From assembly GCA_002269645.1 (NCBI GenBank), contig NIVC01000032.1, forward strand, positions 248,001 to 312,000: 64,000 nucleotides of DNA, written 5' to 3'. Under the pieces are notes generated by a model. The model ran no database searches. It had not been told where the DNA came from and was given only the letters and a program-made list of their open reading frames with translations. The stretch's first letter is position 1. Each line of letters starts with the position of its first letter. A program made the translations under genes and the position numbers. Positions 46,715-59,389 of this stretch are shown here, piece by piece. The DNA is from Macrostomum lignano. Its lineage: Eukaryota.

Positions 46715-47185
46715 TAGGGCGCATTGACTGATTCTATTTGCGATCTGTGACCAGGACGCCCAGATACTTGAACTGCATGGTTGCACACGGGGCGATGGTG
46801 TTGCCGTCCGGTAGAAGCAGCGGTGGAGAGTGGCAATACCAACATGCAGCACCTCTGTCTTGCCGTAGTTGATGTGGAGACCCACCCCCTCTGCGCAGCT
46901 TCGGGACTGCAGCAGGTCAGTGCCAAGTCGTCGGCGTAGGCGAGGCAGGTCAGCTTGACGCAGGGAAAGCGGGAGCTACGGCGAGGCACCACTTCATAGC
47001 CGTCTTCATCGCGAAGAGCCAAGCCGCATGACGTAGTCAATCAGGATAACGAATAGAAACGGTGATATGGTGTCACCTTGCAGGACCCCGGAGGTGGTGA
47101 CAAATTCTGACGTAGGGCCGTGGTCTGTCTAGACAAAAGCCTTGGACGAGCTGTAGAGGTCCATGATCGCCTGAACCAGCAGCTG
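46715..47185 (-). mobile_element. RTE RT fragment (degenerate)
   Basis: SGVLQGDTISP, LTCLAYADDLAL, GLHINYGKTEVL, KYLGVLV on minus, with frameshifts. Confidence 0.85.
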
Positions 47186-47229
47186 AGGAACTCCATGCTG
47201 CTGGAGGAGCCAGGCAAAGGCTGCCTGCC

Positions 47230-47865
47230 CGGCTGACGGAGTTAGAAGCTTTACTGACCCGGATGCCTTTGTCAACAACCGCAAGCAGCTGGCGCGGCGG
47301 GCCTCCCACCTTCTCCGCGCTCCATCTTCAACTGCTCGCCACCGACAGCCTGAAAAGGTCGCCCTCTTCCGCTCGGCAGTAATTGAGACAGTGCTGACCT
47401 ACATGTATCTATGGGCTGGAAGCTGTTCCCAATGACTGCCACTCGTGAGGCGAGCTTGGGGGCCTGTCATCGTCACCTCCTGCGCAATGCCCTGGGCATC
47501 TGGTTCCCAGAGCGCGTGAGCAACGCTGAGCTGGCGGCCCGGACCCGCGTCGCGCCCCTGGTCGCACTTTGCAGAGGCGACGCCAGATGTTGATTGGCCA
47601 CTGCCTGCGGGCCCACATACGGGGAACCGGGCACCCGCTCGCTGACCTGCTGCTCAGGAAGCTCAGCCCACCTTGTAGGAGACTCCGCTAAGGCCAGGCG
47701 CGCTGCAAAACTCTGACTGACACTATTCTCACTCACTTCCAGTCTCTGGGCCTTATCCCTCAGTCTGTCTGCAAGCTAGGCTGGACTCAGCTGTTTTCCA
47801 CCAACGTGTGCTTCGCTGACCCCTGCACCAGCGCCTGTTTAATAATAAAAATAATAGTAATAATT
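47230..47865 (+). mobile_element. RTE 3' fragment with (TAA)n-like tail (degenerate)
   Basis: KVALFRSAV.ETVLTY, HRHLLRNALGIWFPERVSNAEL, LIGHCLR; tail TAATAATAAAAATAATAGTAATAAT at ~47840-47864. Confidence 0.8.
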
Positions 47866-48159
47866 TGCGATTTATGTTAAATATATTTTAATATATTGAG
47901 TTACGTTGAAATATATTAAATATACTGAGGATACTACGTTTTGGCTTTCATCAGACATGCATACGTTAGATTTTGGATTCCGAAACTCGTATATAACGAC
48001 ATGATGTCTAGATGTCGGACGTACTTAATTTCTGTTTTTACAAGAAACTGACAGAAGCGTGCTATGCTAAAGCATTTCAATTGTTTCTTGTAAGTATCTG
48101 AGGTACAAGCAAGCATCGGTGATTAATTTCTCAAAAAAATCTTTACTGCTAGCGTACAA

Positions 48160-48211
48160 ATGCCATTGAAATGCAATGGCTGCGTTGAAATTTCTCGAGT
48201 ATTATCATCTG
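48160..48211 (+). CDS. USP34: USP34 orthologue, coding exon 1
   Basis: MPLKCNGCVEISRVLSS resembles the human N-terminus MCENCADLVEVL (CxxC, from recall); donor G|GTAAG, phase 1, fits exon 2. Confidence 0.6.
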
Positions 48212-49784
48212 GTAAGATTATAGCCATAGGGTATAATATCTGGACATTTGCTTTGGAGAAAATGTAGGCCAGTAGGGCCTAATTTTTTGAGAAAACTTCC
48301 TGATTTTCCTGATAGTAGGGACTCTCAGTGAGATTTTGAAATTTTATCTTTTGTATTTTTTCTATTTGATAAATCTTCCTTTCTATTTGATACATTTTTG
48401 AAAATTGCTGAAGTAATAGAAAGTTATTAAATTTTTGGTTTTGTAATGCCGTATTTCTATTCGAATAACAAAAACCCATGGACACATGACGGATGCAAAA
48501 AAGTAGCCTAAGTGCACAACACATGAGACAAAAGAATGAAAAAGTATGATGCAATGCAACACTGCTATTGAGTAGAAATGTATTAAAGTTGTATTTTTAA
48601 ATGTTTTTTTTAAAATGCAAAGCATAGCAAACAAAGGCAGATAGTTACTAATATAAAAACCTATAAAATAAAATAAATGTTCCAAAATTTTATACTTTCA
48701 GACTCAAATGACAACACATAACTCTCATAGTATTAGATATATATTTTCCTAGCATTGCTATCTATCAATTGTAAGTAAGGGCCATAGTCAGGATCATATT
48801 AAGTGCATGCCGGAATGCTTTGAACCAATGTATGCCAGTGCCAAGTAGTTGCACACTAGTGCTAAGTAGATGCATGCCAGTGCCAAGCAAATGTATGCCA
48901 AACTAATATGTTATAGAAAAAATGTTACTTTTTATATTTAAAAATGCACTTAAAAAAACTTAGTCTTCAACATTTTTTAAAACTTTTAAAGCATGCAAAT
49001 ATATAATGTTTCTTTTTTGTACATAAAAATTTGCTTGTCATTTTGCAATAAAAATAAGTATGAATTCTTGTCTTTACAAAACCATGTCTTTTCATGAACT
49101 TTTGTCTCAACAAAACATGCCCCAATATCATGCGAGGCCATATTCTACACCAGCTATTACATGCCATAGCATGCCAGCATGCCACTTTTGGCATGCAATA
49201 CCCAAATACAGGCCAATGCATACCACAACTTTTAGGCCAAACTAAATGCATGCCAGAATTTCTGGCATGATGTATGCCTTCAAGAGTATGGCGCCTATGA
49301 CATATGCCATAGTTTGGATTATATATTAGTATACAATAGGTCTAGTGAAAGCAAATATATAGCCTAAAGAACCAGGTTTATATACCTGGACAAAAAAGTT
49401 TTTAACAATGTATGCTAAAGTTGTATATTTTTCATTTTTGAATTCATTATTTATATAGAATAACAAACAAAATTGATCCTAACATGTACATAGGTATGCC
49501 ATAAATGTAAGCTAAAAATTTTCCATTATTATGTATACTAGGATATACATTAATGTATGTTGAAAGATGGCAAATATCCTTATTATATGCAGAAAAATTA
49601 AAGTGTATATGTTATATTTTGAACTATAGGACATATGATATTGCTCTGCTTTTCAACTTTGCTATGCAATATGACATTGCCTACCTTTCATAAATCTATA
49701 ATGCAATAAGTACTAGAAGATATTAAAAACATAATAAATGACTATTCACAATTTTTTATTTTATTCTAATAAGGTTGTACTAAC

Positions 49785-50964
49785 TAGGGATTGCAACACT
49801 GGAATAAATTTGTTAAGTTTTTAAAAAAAGTGTTAATATAAACATAATTGGGCTCACAACTAGTTTATTATACTGCACTAATTTCTGTTAATTGGCCTAT
49901 AGTGCATGGTGCCTTTTTAAACCCTATATCAAATTTATATATGAAATTTATTCTAATATAAATTTTGATATATCATTTGCTTCTTTACTACTAATTAGTA
50001 CTTTTTTACTACTTACTTTTTACTTTTTACTATAGATCATTAACTTTATAGCAATAAAAATTGAAGCAAAAATGTGTAGCCCTATTGGAATAACTTTCAA
50101 AAACCCACGGATGTGCGACATGGGTGCCAAAATTTTGCCCTCAAAAGGCGACGCGACACCAAATTTTGTTGACTGGGGGGCGGCAACGCGCGACGCAACA
50201 CCGATGTCTGTTGACTGAATGATGGAAGGATGCCACAGCAGCCACGTTGCAATTGACAATTCTCGTTCTGCTGTTCACTCCTGACACCAAGACCATGGAG
50301 CGAGGGATAAGAGTATTCCTTTCAATTTCGCAGAAAAAGAAATGAAATTTAAAAACAATAAACAGTAAAACAACAAAGGTACAACAGTTAGAAAAACAGC
50401 GCATGCATTGTAACTAACAAGTAACATTTCTAAAATTTATATTTGAAGTATTAGTTATTTTACCGTCAAAATAAAAAAGAACAATTCAAGGATTAGTTTT
50501 TAGCAAACATGTTTGAAACATTTAAGTACCGAGAAACAACCGTGAACATATTACAATGAAACACAGTTTGCGAGGTTTTGGCTGCAGATCCAGGCCGCAA
50601 CATGACACATGACAACACCAGCCGCCAAGTTGCCACACTTTCGCGTCTCGTTGTGTCGTGTCGCGCGACACAATGCATGACGACACCAGGTTTCCACAGT
50701 GTTGCGCGACGCGACACACCACTTGACACCACTGTTGCATGACGCGACACTAGGAGAATCTAAAAATGCGACGGACGGTTGTCCATGTTTTGTCAACTTA
50801 TTCCAATAGGGATGTGTAGCACATGTTTTCCTTAGAATTTCAACCTAAAAACTAAAAAATCTGTATTTTTCTGATCTTAGGATTGAATCCCAGGATTGGC
50901 CAAATTCTAGTATTAAATCCCAGGATCCCAGGATTGCAAAAACTGTAGGATTTTGGAATCCCTA
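49785..50964. mobile_element. hAT MITE with 8-bp TSD GTACTAAC, carrying a nested MITE
   Basis: TIRs TAGGGATTGCAA / TTGGAATCCCTA; TSD at 49777-49784 and 50965-50972; ATCCCAGGAT subterminal repeats. Confidence 0.88.
50080..50811. mobile_element. 732-bp non-autonomous DNA transposon with 8-bp TSD ATGTGTAG
   Basis: TIRs CCCTATTGGAATAA / TTATTCCAATAGGG; TSD 50072-50079 and 50812-50819; CGCGACAC subterminal repeats in both orientations. Confidence 0.9.
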
Positions 50965-51713
50965 GTACTAACTTGTATTATATTTGATTTTGTCCATTAG
51001 GCAATGTGATCATTTTTGCCTTAAACATTTTGTTTTTATACAAATATTTTTGATATAGTACAACTAATTAAATAATTTATATGCTAAATTCCATTTTTAG
51101 CTTTTTGGAGTAATTGGGATCAGGGTAAAAAGGGCACAGCTTAATATTAAATTGTATTTATAGATAATAAATTTTTGCCTAAGACAATTTTTTGGATTCT
51201 GAATATCAAGCTCTTGTTTTCTAAACACCAAGACACCAAGAGTGAATATAGATATAGAATGTTTCTTGACATTTTCCAAATCAAATTGATGATTTTTTAC
51301 TTTGTGTTTTTGGGTAAATTGCAAAAACAAATTGCAAGTCATATGACCAATGTAATTTTAAGACTATTGTATATAAATAAAAAAGCCAAGTATAATAGAT
51401 AGTTTTGATATATAAATCTTTTAACTTTTGACTTTGCTGGCTATATGTTGGCTTATAGACCAGTGTTTTCTAGCTGCAGTATAATGTTTAGTCAACAAAT
51501 ATGTATTAGTAGGACTAAGATAATTTATTTCTTACTTTGAAATACTTTTGTAGTGAATTTGGTAGATGCTCTATATACTCTGATACTCTACAACTAGAAA
51601 AAAATTCTTTTTTCTTCTAGTTGTAATTTTTTCAATCAATTCTAACATTTTTTATTAATCTTATTTTTTTTAAATAGTTAAAATCATTATCAATAACCAT
51701 ATAAATTTTTTAG

Positions 51714-51801
51714 TTGCACAAGAGCGCCACAAGTGTGACTTCAGCCTCTCTAAACAGCAAATATTTACTGTCATTCATCATTTAAATGCATTTAATGACA
51801 G
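51714..51801 (+). CDS. USP34: USP34 orthologue, coding exon 2
   Basis: TTTTTTAG| acceptor, AG|GTGAGT donor; AQERHKCDFSLSKQQIFTVIHHLNAFND; phases 1 and 2 fit both neighbours. Confidence 0.7.
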
Positions 51802-51929
51802 GTGAGTCAATTATTGATCTAAAGATTTGTTTAAAATCACTTAATATAAAATAAGTTTTGAGACATATACAAAAATAAATATTGGTTCATAATCATTGAC
51901 CTTGGCTTTTGACCCTTAATCCTAGTTTT

Positions 51930-52578
51930 AGACTCTTTTTGGTTCCAGATCCCTCCTATTGGTTGCAAATTGTTCATATTTGGTTCTAGATCCTAAATAT
52001 TGATTTCAAATCCTTTATATTGGTTCCAAATCCCTAATATTGGTTCCAGATCTCTAATGTTGGTTCCAAACTCATAATATTGAGTGCAGATCCCTAATAT
52101 TGGTTCCAAATTCATAATATTGAGTCCAGATCCCTAATATTGGTTCCAGATCTCTAATATTGGTTTTAGATCCCTGATGTTGGTTCCAGATCCGTAATAT
52201 TGGTTCCAGATCTCTAGTGTTGGTTCCAGATCCCTAATATTCTGGAATGGTTCCTAACGGTTCACTAGTGGTTCCAGATCCCTAATGTTGGTTCCAGATC
52301 CCTAATATTGCTTCCAGATCCCTAATGTTGGTTCCAGATCCCTAATATTGCTTCCAGATCACTAATTTTGCTTCCATATCCCTAGTATTGGTTTCAAATC
52401 TCTAATATTGGTTCCATATCCCTAGTATTGGTTCCAAATCTCTAATATTGGTTCCATATCCCTAGTATTGGTTCCAAATCTCTAATATTGGTTCCAGATC
52501 ACTAATATTGGTTCCTGATCACTAATATTAGTTCCAAATCCCTAATATTGGTTTCAGATCCCTAATATTGGTTTAAAA
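51930..52578. repeat. 20-bp minisatellite
   Basis: Unit TGGTTCCAGATCCCTAATAT. Confidence 0.93.
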
Positions 52579-52740
52579 TCCAAGTAACTCACATGTGCAT
52601 TCTGAAGCAATGATACAGGAGTCATAATTAAAAAAAAATATTGTAATTATTGTAGCATCCAACTCAAATATCGAATATCCTCTCTACCATTAAAAGTACA
52701 CGAGAGCACACTTAAACAAATGAGTACCGTGAATTTTCAG

Positions 52741-53347
52741 CAACAGCTGTCTGTGCATCTATCAGAAGCGGCGATCGCTAGACCTGCTCAATGAAGCCAT
52801 TCAATCGATTATTCGAACCTCAATTGTCATTTTGCAATCCTTTGTTACAACTTCGCAAGAATCCGCAAATGCTACTACAAATACTACTGATGCTACTTGT
52901 GATAGTAGTGCTAATGATGCTGAATCTGCGGCTGTTAAAATGTCCCAAGTTGGCGAAGAAGTTCTCGCAGGCACTTCAGCTGATAGTAGTTACGAATTGT
53001 CATCTTGGCCAATTGAAGACAAATTGCAATTGCTAGAATTTATTGGTCGCGTGTTTCACACGGAATTTCCTGTTCACGTGACCTACAGGCATCTGTATAA
53101 GCAGTCTAACGAAGATGTTTCACCTGCTATGGTGCAAACATTTCAAACTTATTGCAACATTTGCGAAGCCACCGCTTCGGTTGGCGGGGCTGGCTACGGC
53201 CTGCCAATATTTCTGCTACAGAATGTCTGCTTCTTTTGCGACTTTAGAGGCCTTCTGGCTCTGCGAGAGGTTATGGAGCTGGCTGCGCAATGTCCCAACA
53301 GGCTGTCACTGCCGATTGCTAATTGCCTGTTTTTTATGCTGTCTAAT
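52741..53347 (+). CDS. USP34: USP34 orthologue, coding exon 3
   Basis: NSCLC...SWPIEDKLQLLEFIGRVFHTEFPVHVTYRH...PIFLLQNVCFFCDFRGL matches recalled human QCLC...LWSTDEKEKLLLCVAKIFQIQFPLYTAYKH...PLHLLRYVCLFCGKNGL; TTTTCAG| and |GTGAGT. Confidence 0.92.
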
Positions 53348-53415
53348 GTGAGTGTCTGTTGTTTTATTTTCATTGGATTCACTTTGGTTTCGTATGCTTT
53401 AGTAAGGCCATGTGT

Positions 53416-54128
53416 GACAGGCTCAGATTCACTCTAGTCTAAATGAGAGTGACAGGCTCAGATTCACTCTAGTCTAAATGAGAGTTACAGGCTCAGATTC
53501 ACTCTAGTCTAAATTAGATTGACAGGCTCAGATTCACTCTAGTCTAAATGAGAGTGAGAGGCTCAGAAGAGCAAGAGTTTCAGCCTCATTGAGGGAGTAC
53601 CAGACTCATTCAGAGAGTGCCAGACTCATTCAGCGAGTGCCATACTCATTCAAAGAGCGCCAGACTCATTCAAAGAGTGTCAGACTCATTCAAAGAGTGC
53701 CAGACTCATTCAAAGAGTGCCAGACTCATTCAGAGAGTGCCAGACTCATTCAGAGAGTGCCAGACTCAATCAGAGAGTGCCATACTCATTCAGAGAGTGC
53801 CATACTCATTGAAATAGTGCCAGACTCATTGAGAGAGTACCAGACTCATTCAAAGAGCGCCAGACTCATTCAAAGAGTGCCAGACTCATTCAGAGAGTGC
53901 CAGACTCATTCAGAGAGTGCCATACTCATTGAAATAGTGCCAGACTCATTGAGAGAGTGCCAGACTCATTCAAAGAGTGCCAGACTCATTCAAAGAGTGC
54001 CAGACTCAATCAGAGAGTGCCAGACTCAATCAGAGAGTGCCAGACTCATTCAAAGAGTGCCAGACTCAATCAGAGAGTGCCAGACTCAATCAGAGAGTGC
54101 CAGACTCAATCAGAGAGTGCCAGACTCA
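53416..54128. repeat. 35-bp array (53416-53565) followed by a 20-bp array (53590-54128)
   Basis: Units GACAGGCTCAGATTCACTCTAGTCTAAATGAGAGT and CAGACTCATTCAGAGAGTGC. Confidence 0.95.
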
Positions 54129-54159
54129 TAATAAACCGCCCCCTCTAAATCCCACTCAG

Positions 54160-54546
54160 CTATTCGACTGGTTGAATCTTCGCCTTGTACGCGAGGATTT
54201 CCTATCGATCCGCAGCAGCGTGGCCAAGTACGTGAGCAAATTAGAAGACGCCAAACTTCGCTCCCTGGTTACCGAAGGCATCGCCGAACGAAATCTCATG
54301 GATCTGGTTTGGTCCGTCTGCCGTTTGGCTCCTGACGAAGATTCTCCACCTGTGGACGTGTTGAATCTGATATTCGCCTGTCTGAGCGTGTCCACTCTAG
54401 CTGTTAGATTGACAGGTATAGCCCAGTTAAATAGCGTTATTGGCAGGTGTGTTGGATTGAAACAACAGTTGGCCGCTTGGCTGGTTAATAAAGGCATTGT
54501 GCAACTGCTTTTTGGTCCCAATATGCACGCCGAGGTGCTGAAGCAG
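54160..54546 (+). CDS. USP34: USP34 orthologue, coding exon 4
   Basis: RNLMDLVWS, STLAVRLTGIAQ and LAAWLVNKGIVQLLFGPNMHAEVLKQ versus recalled human RNMADLMWS, PTLTMRLAGLSQ and LADWLISNNVVEHIFGPNLHIEIIKQ; phase 0/0. Confidence 0.93.
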
Positions 54547-54594
54547 GTGAGTCATTATTTTTATATCTTTTTAATAGTTCTGAATCATCATACT

Positions 54595-57250
54595 AGTATA
54601 ATAATCACCCTCTGAGTCATTTATCCTCATTTAATAATCACCCTCTGAATCATTTATCCTCATTTAATAATCACCCTCTGAATCATTTATCCTCATTTTA
54701 TAATCACCCTCTGAGTCATTTATCCTCATTTAATAATCACCCTCTGAATCATTTATCCTCATTTAATAATCACCCTCTGAATCATTTATCCTCATTTAAT
54801 AATCACCCTCTGAGTCATTTATCCTCATTTAATAATCACCCTCTGAGTCATTTATCCTCATTTAATAATCACCCTCTGAATCATTTATCCTCATTTTATA
54901 ATCACCCTCTGAGTCATTTATCCTCATTTAATAATCACCCTCTGAATCATTTATCCTCATTTAATAATCACCCTCTGAATCATTTATCCTCATTTAATAA
55001 TCACCCTCTGAATCATTTATCCTTATTTAATAATCACCCTCTAAATCATTTATCCTCATTTTAGAATCAACATCTGAATCATCATCCTCATTTTAGAATC
55101 AACATCTGAATCATCATCCTCATTTCAGAATCAACATCTGAATCATCATCCTCATTTCAGAATCAACATCTGAATCATCATCCTCATTTCAGAATCAACA
55201 TCTGAATCATCATCCTCATTTCAGAATCAACATCTGAATCATCATCCTCATTTTAGAATCAACATCTGAATCATCATCCTCATTTCAGAATCAACATCTG
55301 AATCATCATCCTCATTTTAGAATCAACATCTGAATCATCATCCTCATTTTAGAATCAACATCTGAATCATCATCCTCATTTCAGAATCAACATCTGAATC
55401 ATCATCCTCATTTTAGAATCAACATCTGAATCATCATCCTCATTTTAGAATCAACATCTGAATCATCATCCTCATTTTAGAATCAACATCTGAATCATCA
55501 TCCTCATTTTAGAATCAACATCTGAATCATCATCCTCATTTCAGAATCAACATCTGAATTATCATCCTCATTTTAGAATCAACATCTGAATCATCATCCT
55601 CATTTCAGAATCAACATCTGAATCATCATCCTCATTTTAGAATCAACATCTGAATCATCATCCTCATTTTAGAATCAACATCTGAATCATCATCCTCATT
55701 TTAGAATCAACATCTGAATCATCATCCTCATTTTAGAATCAACATCTGAATCATCATCCTTATTTTAGAATCAACATCTGAATCATCATCCTCATTTTAG
55801 AATCAACATCTGAATCATCATCCTCATTTTAGAATCAACATCTGAATCATCATCCTCATTTCAGAATCAACATCTGAATCATCATCCTCATTTCAGAATC
55901 AACATCTGAATCATCATCCTCATTTCAGAATCAACATCTGAATCATCATCCTCATTTCAGAATCAACATCTGAATCATCATCCTCATTTTAGAATCAACA
56001 TCTGAATCATCATCCTCATTTTAGAATCAACATCTGAATCATCATCCTCATTTTAGAATCAACATCTGAATCATCATCCTCATTTTAGAATCAACATCTG
56101 AATCATCATCCTCATTTTAGAATCAACATCTGAATCATCATCCTCATTTTAGAATCAACATCTGAATCATCATCCTCATTTTAGAATCAACATCTGAATC
56201 ATCATCCTCATTTTAGAATCAACATCTGAATCATCATCCTCATTTCAGAATCAACATCTGAATCATCATCCTCATTTTAGAATCAACATCTGAATCATCA
56301 TCCTCATTTTAGAATCAACATCTGAATCATCATCCTCATTTTAGAATCAACATCTGAATCATCATCCTCATTTCAGAATCAACATCTGAATCATCATCCT
56401 CATTTTAGAATCAACATCTGAATCATCATCCTCATTTTAGAATCAACATCTGAATCATCATCCTCATTTAGAATCAACATCTGAATCATCATCCTCATTT
56501 CAGAATCAACATCTGAATCATCATCCTCATTTCAGAATCAACATCTGAATCATCATCCTCATTTCAGAATCAACATCTGAATCATCATCCTCATTTTAGA
56601 ATCAACATCTGAATCATCATCCTCATTTTAGAATCAACATCTGAATCATCATCCTCATTTTAGAATCAACATCTGAATCATCATCCTCATTTTAGAATCA
56701 ACATCTGAATCATCATCCTCATTTTAGAATCAACATCTGAATCATCATCCTCATTTCAGAATCAACATCTGAATCATCATCCTCATTTCAGAATCAACAT
56801 CTGAATCATCATCCTCATTTCAGAATCAACATCTGAATCATCATCCTCATTTTAGAATCAACATCTGAATCATCATCCTCATTTCAGAATCAACATCTGA
56901 ATCATCATCCTCATTTCAGAATCAACATCTGAATCATCATCCTCATTTCAGAATCAACATCTGAATCATCATCCTCATTTTAGAATCAACATCTGAATCA
57001 TCATCCTCATTTTAGAATCAACATCTGAATCATCATCCTCATTTTAGAATCAACATCTGAATCATCATCCTCATTTTAGAATCAACATCTGAATCATCAT
57101 CCTCATTTTAGAATCAACATCTGAATCATCATCCTCATTTTAGAATCAACATCTGAATCATCATCCTCATTTCAGAATCAACATCTGAATCATCATCCTC
57201 ATTTTAGAATCAACATCTGAATCATCATCCTCATTTAGGAATCACCCTAT
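54595..57250. repeat. 33-bp array switching to a 32-bp array (~80 units in total)
   Basis: ATAATCACCCTCTGARTCATTTATCCTCATTTA, then ATCATCCTCATTTYAGAATCAACATCTGAATC from ~55045. Confidence 0.98.
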
Positions 57251-57332
57251 GAGTCATCCTTATTTAAGCATCTTTAATATCACAGTAATGCAGTCCTAAG
57301 TTCGAATCCCAATCCCACCTCAATCCCCCCAG

Positions 57333-57995
57333 GCGCACGCGGTTCTCCAGCTCTTAGCCTCAACAGACTGCGTCACCACCGACTGCATCGACAGCATGTG
57401 GACGGCCGCCCAGCAGCGCTGGAGCGGCAAAAGCGTCATTGATGTACTTTTACCATTTGTCCGCCATCTCAGCCTTCGCCTAGTGGACTATTTCCTTGCC
57501 CAACTGGGCAACTGCCAGTGCCACACTGAAGGCACTCTGAGCTTGGCTTTTCATCTGCAGAAACGCGCCTGGGCAGCTGTGTCGCGAAGTCTGCATCAGC
57601 GACAAGCTGCTGCCGCTGCGGCCGCTGCAGCCGCCGCCGCTGCAGCCGCAGCAGCCGCTTCATCAACTTCGTCTGCTGCAGCTTCGACAGCCGCATCGTC
57701 AACTACTACTACAAGCAGTAGTCAGCAGCCGGCTAGTAAACGATTGAAATTATTTCCTAATACTGTTGCATCTGAACAACAGCAGCAGATTCTTCTTGAT
57801 GCCTCAACTCCATTGAAACCGTCGCTCGATAATAACGACGTCGATATTGTTGATCGACAGTCCGCTATTGAGCAACAGTTGAAATCTATTGTTGGCGAAG
57901 ACAGTCATAGATTGAATCGGCTTGCCGGAAATGCTGGTAGAAGCAATGCTTCTCTGCTTGTTGGTAGCGCTTTTCGCAGGCACCAGAAACCGCTG
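57333..57995 (+). CDS. USP34: USP34 orthologue, coding exon 5
   Basis: CCCCCCAG| acceptor; AHAVLQLLASTDCVTTDCIDSMWTAAQ versus recalled human CQVILNFLAAEGRLSTQHIDCIWAAAQ; the 3' donor (CTG|GTTAGT) is less certain. Confidence 0.82.
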
Positions 57996-58044
57996 GTTAG
58001 TAGGGCCAGAGTTTACACTTTTTATGGGGAATTTGGGATTCTAA

Positions 58045-59086
58045 TTATGGGATTTTTATGGTTTGAGATTGAAACATAATTAGAGTGGGATTCTAATTAT
58101 GGGATTTTGATGGTTTGGGATTCTAATTATGGGATTTTTATTGTTTGCGATTCTTATTATGGGATTTTTATTGTTTGGGATTTTAATTATGGGATTTTGA
58201 TGGTTTGAGATTCTAATTATGAGATTTTGATGGTTAGGGATTCTAATTATGGGAGTTTAATGGTTTGGGATTCTAATTATGGGATTTCGATGGTTTGAGA
58301 TTCTAATTATGGGATTTCGATGGTTTGGGCTTCTAATCATGGGATTTTGATACTGATAGTTGAAATTCTAATTATGAGATTTTTATGGTTTAGGATCCTA
58401 GTTATGGGATTGTAATTATTGAGATTTTTGAGATTCTAAACAAGGTATATTTGGGGATTCTAGTTTGGTACTTTCGGGATTCGGATTGATGAATGTGGTA
58501 TTCAGATTGAAGGGTGTGGGATTCGGATCGAAGGGTGTGGGATTCGGATCGAAGGGTGTGGGATTCGGATCGAAGGGTGTGGGATTCGGATCGAAGGGTG
58601 TGGGATTCGGATCGAAGGGTGTGGGATTCGGATCGAAGGGTGTGGGATTCGGATCGAAGGGTGTGGGATTCGGATCGAAGGGTGTGGGATTCGGATCGAA
58701 GGGTGTGGGATTCGGTTCGAAGGGTGTGGGATTCGGATCGAAGGGTGTGGGATTCGGATCAAAGGGTGTGGGATTCGGATCAAAGGGTGTGGGATTCGGA
58801 TCGAAGGGTGTGGGATTCGGATCGAAGGGTGTGGGATTCAGATTGAAGGGTGTGGGATTCGGATCGAAGGGTGTGGGATTCGGATCGAAGGGTGTGGGAT
58901 TCGGATCGAAGGGTGTGGGATTCGGATCAAAGGGTGTGGGATTCGGATCAAAGGGTGTGGGATTCGGATCGAAGGGTGTGGGATTCGGATCGAAGGGTGT
59001 GGGATTCGGATCAAAGGGTGTGGGATTCGGATCGAAGGGTGTGGGATTCGGATCGAAGGGTGTGGGATTCGGATCGAAGGGCGTAG
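58045..59086. repeat. 30-bp array (58045-58435) and 21-bp array (58500-59086)
   Basis: Units GGGATTCTAATTATGGGATTTTGATGGTTT and GGGATTCGGATCGAAGGGTGT. Confidence 0.96.
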
Positions 59087-59132
59087 GATTCGATACCGCT
59101 ACCCCCATCAACCCATCGTTATTGTCTCGCAG

Positions 59133-59286
59133 CATCAGCGCCGTCGGCACCAGCAGGGCAGTCCGCCGCCGCCAAACATCACAATTGTGTCACCGTCTCT
59201 GGCCCCGGCAGTGGCTTTTGATCTGGCCCGATCTTCCGCTAAGTCCTCTAAGCTGCTGGCTGCGGTTGGCCGGGGTAGTTTGAAAG
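59133..59286 (+). CDS. USP34: USP34 orthologue, coding exon 6 (low complexity, not conserved)
   Basis: TGTCTCGCAG| acceptor (phase 0), G|GTAAG donor (phase 1); phases fit both neighbours; no sequence conservation. Confidence 0.55.
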
Positions 59287-59389
59287 GTAAGCTGCTCACT
59301 TTTATCGATTACGAGCTTTTGTGGTTTTTTATAGTACCAATTTTAAGATTACAAGTGCCATTTTATAGAGAAAAAGTGCCATTTTTAGA

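Noticed and set aside
48778-49300. Possible MITE with ATGCATGCC repeats
   Set aside because: Putative TIRs match poorly and no TSD was found.
58416-59283. PNPTPFD / GFGSKGV ORFs resembling surface-protein repeats
   Set aside because: 21-bp array in USP34 intron 5.
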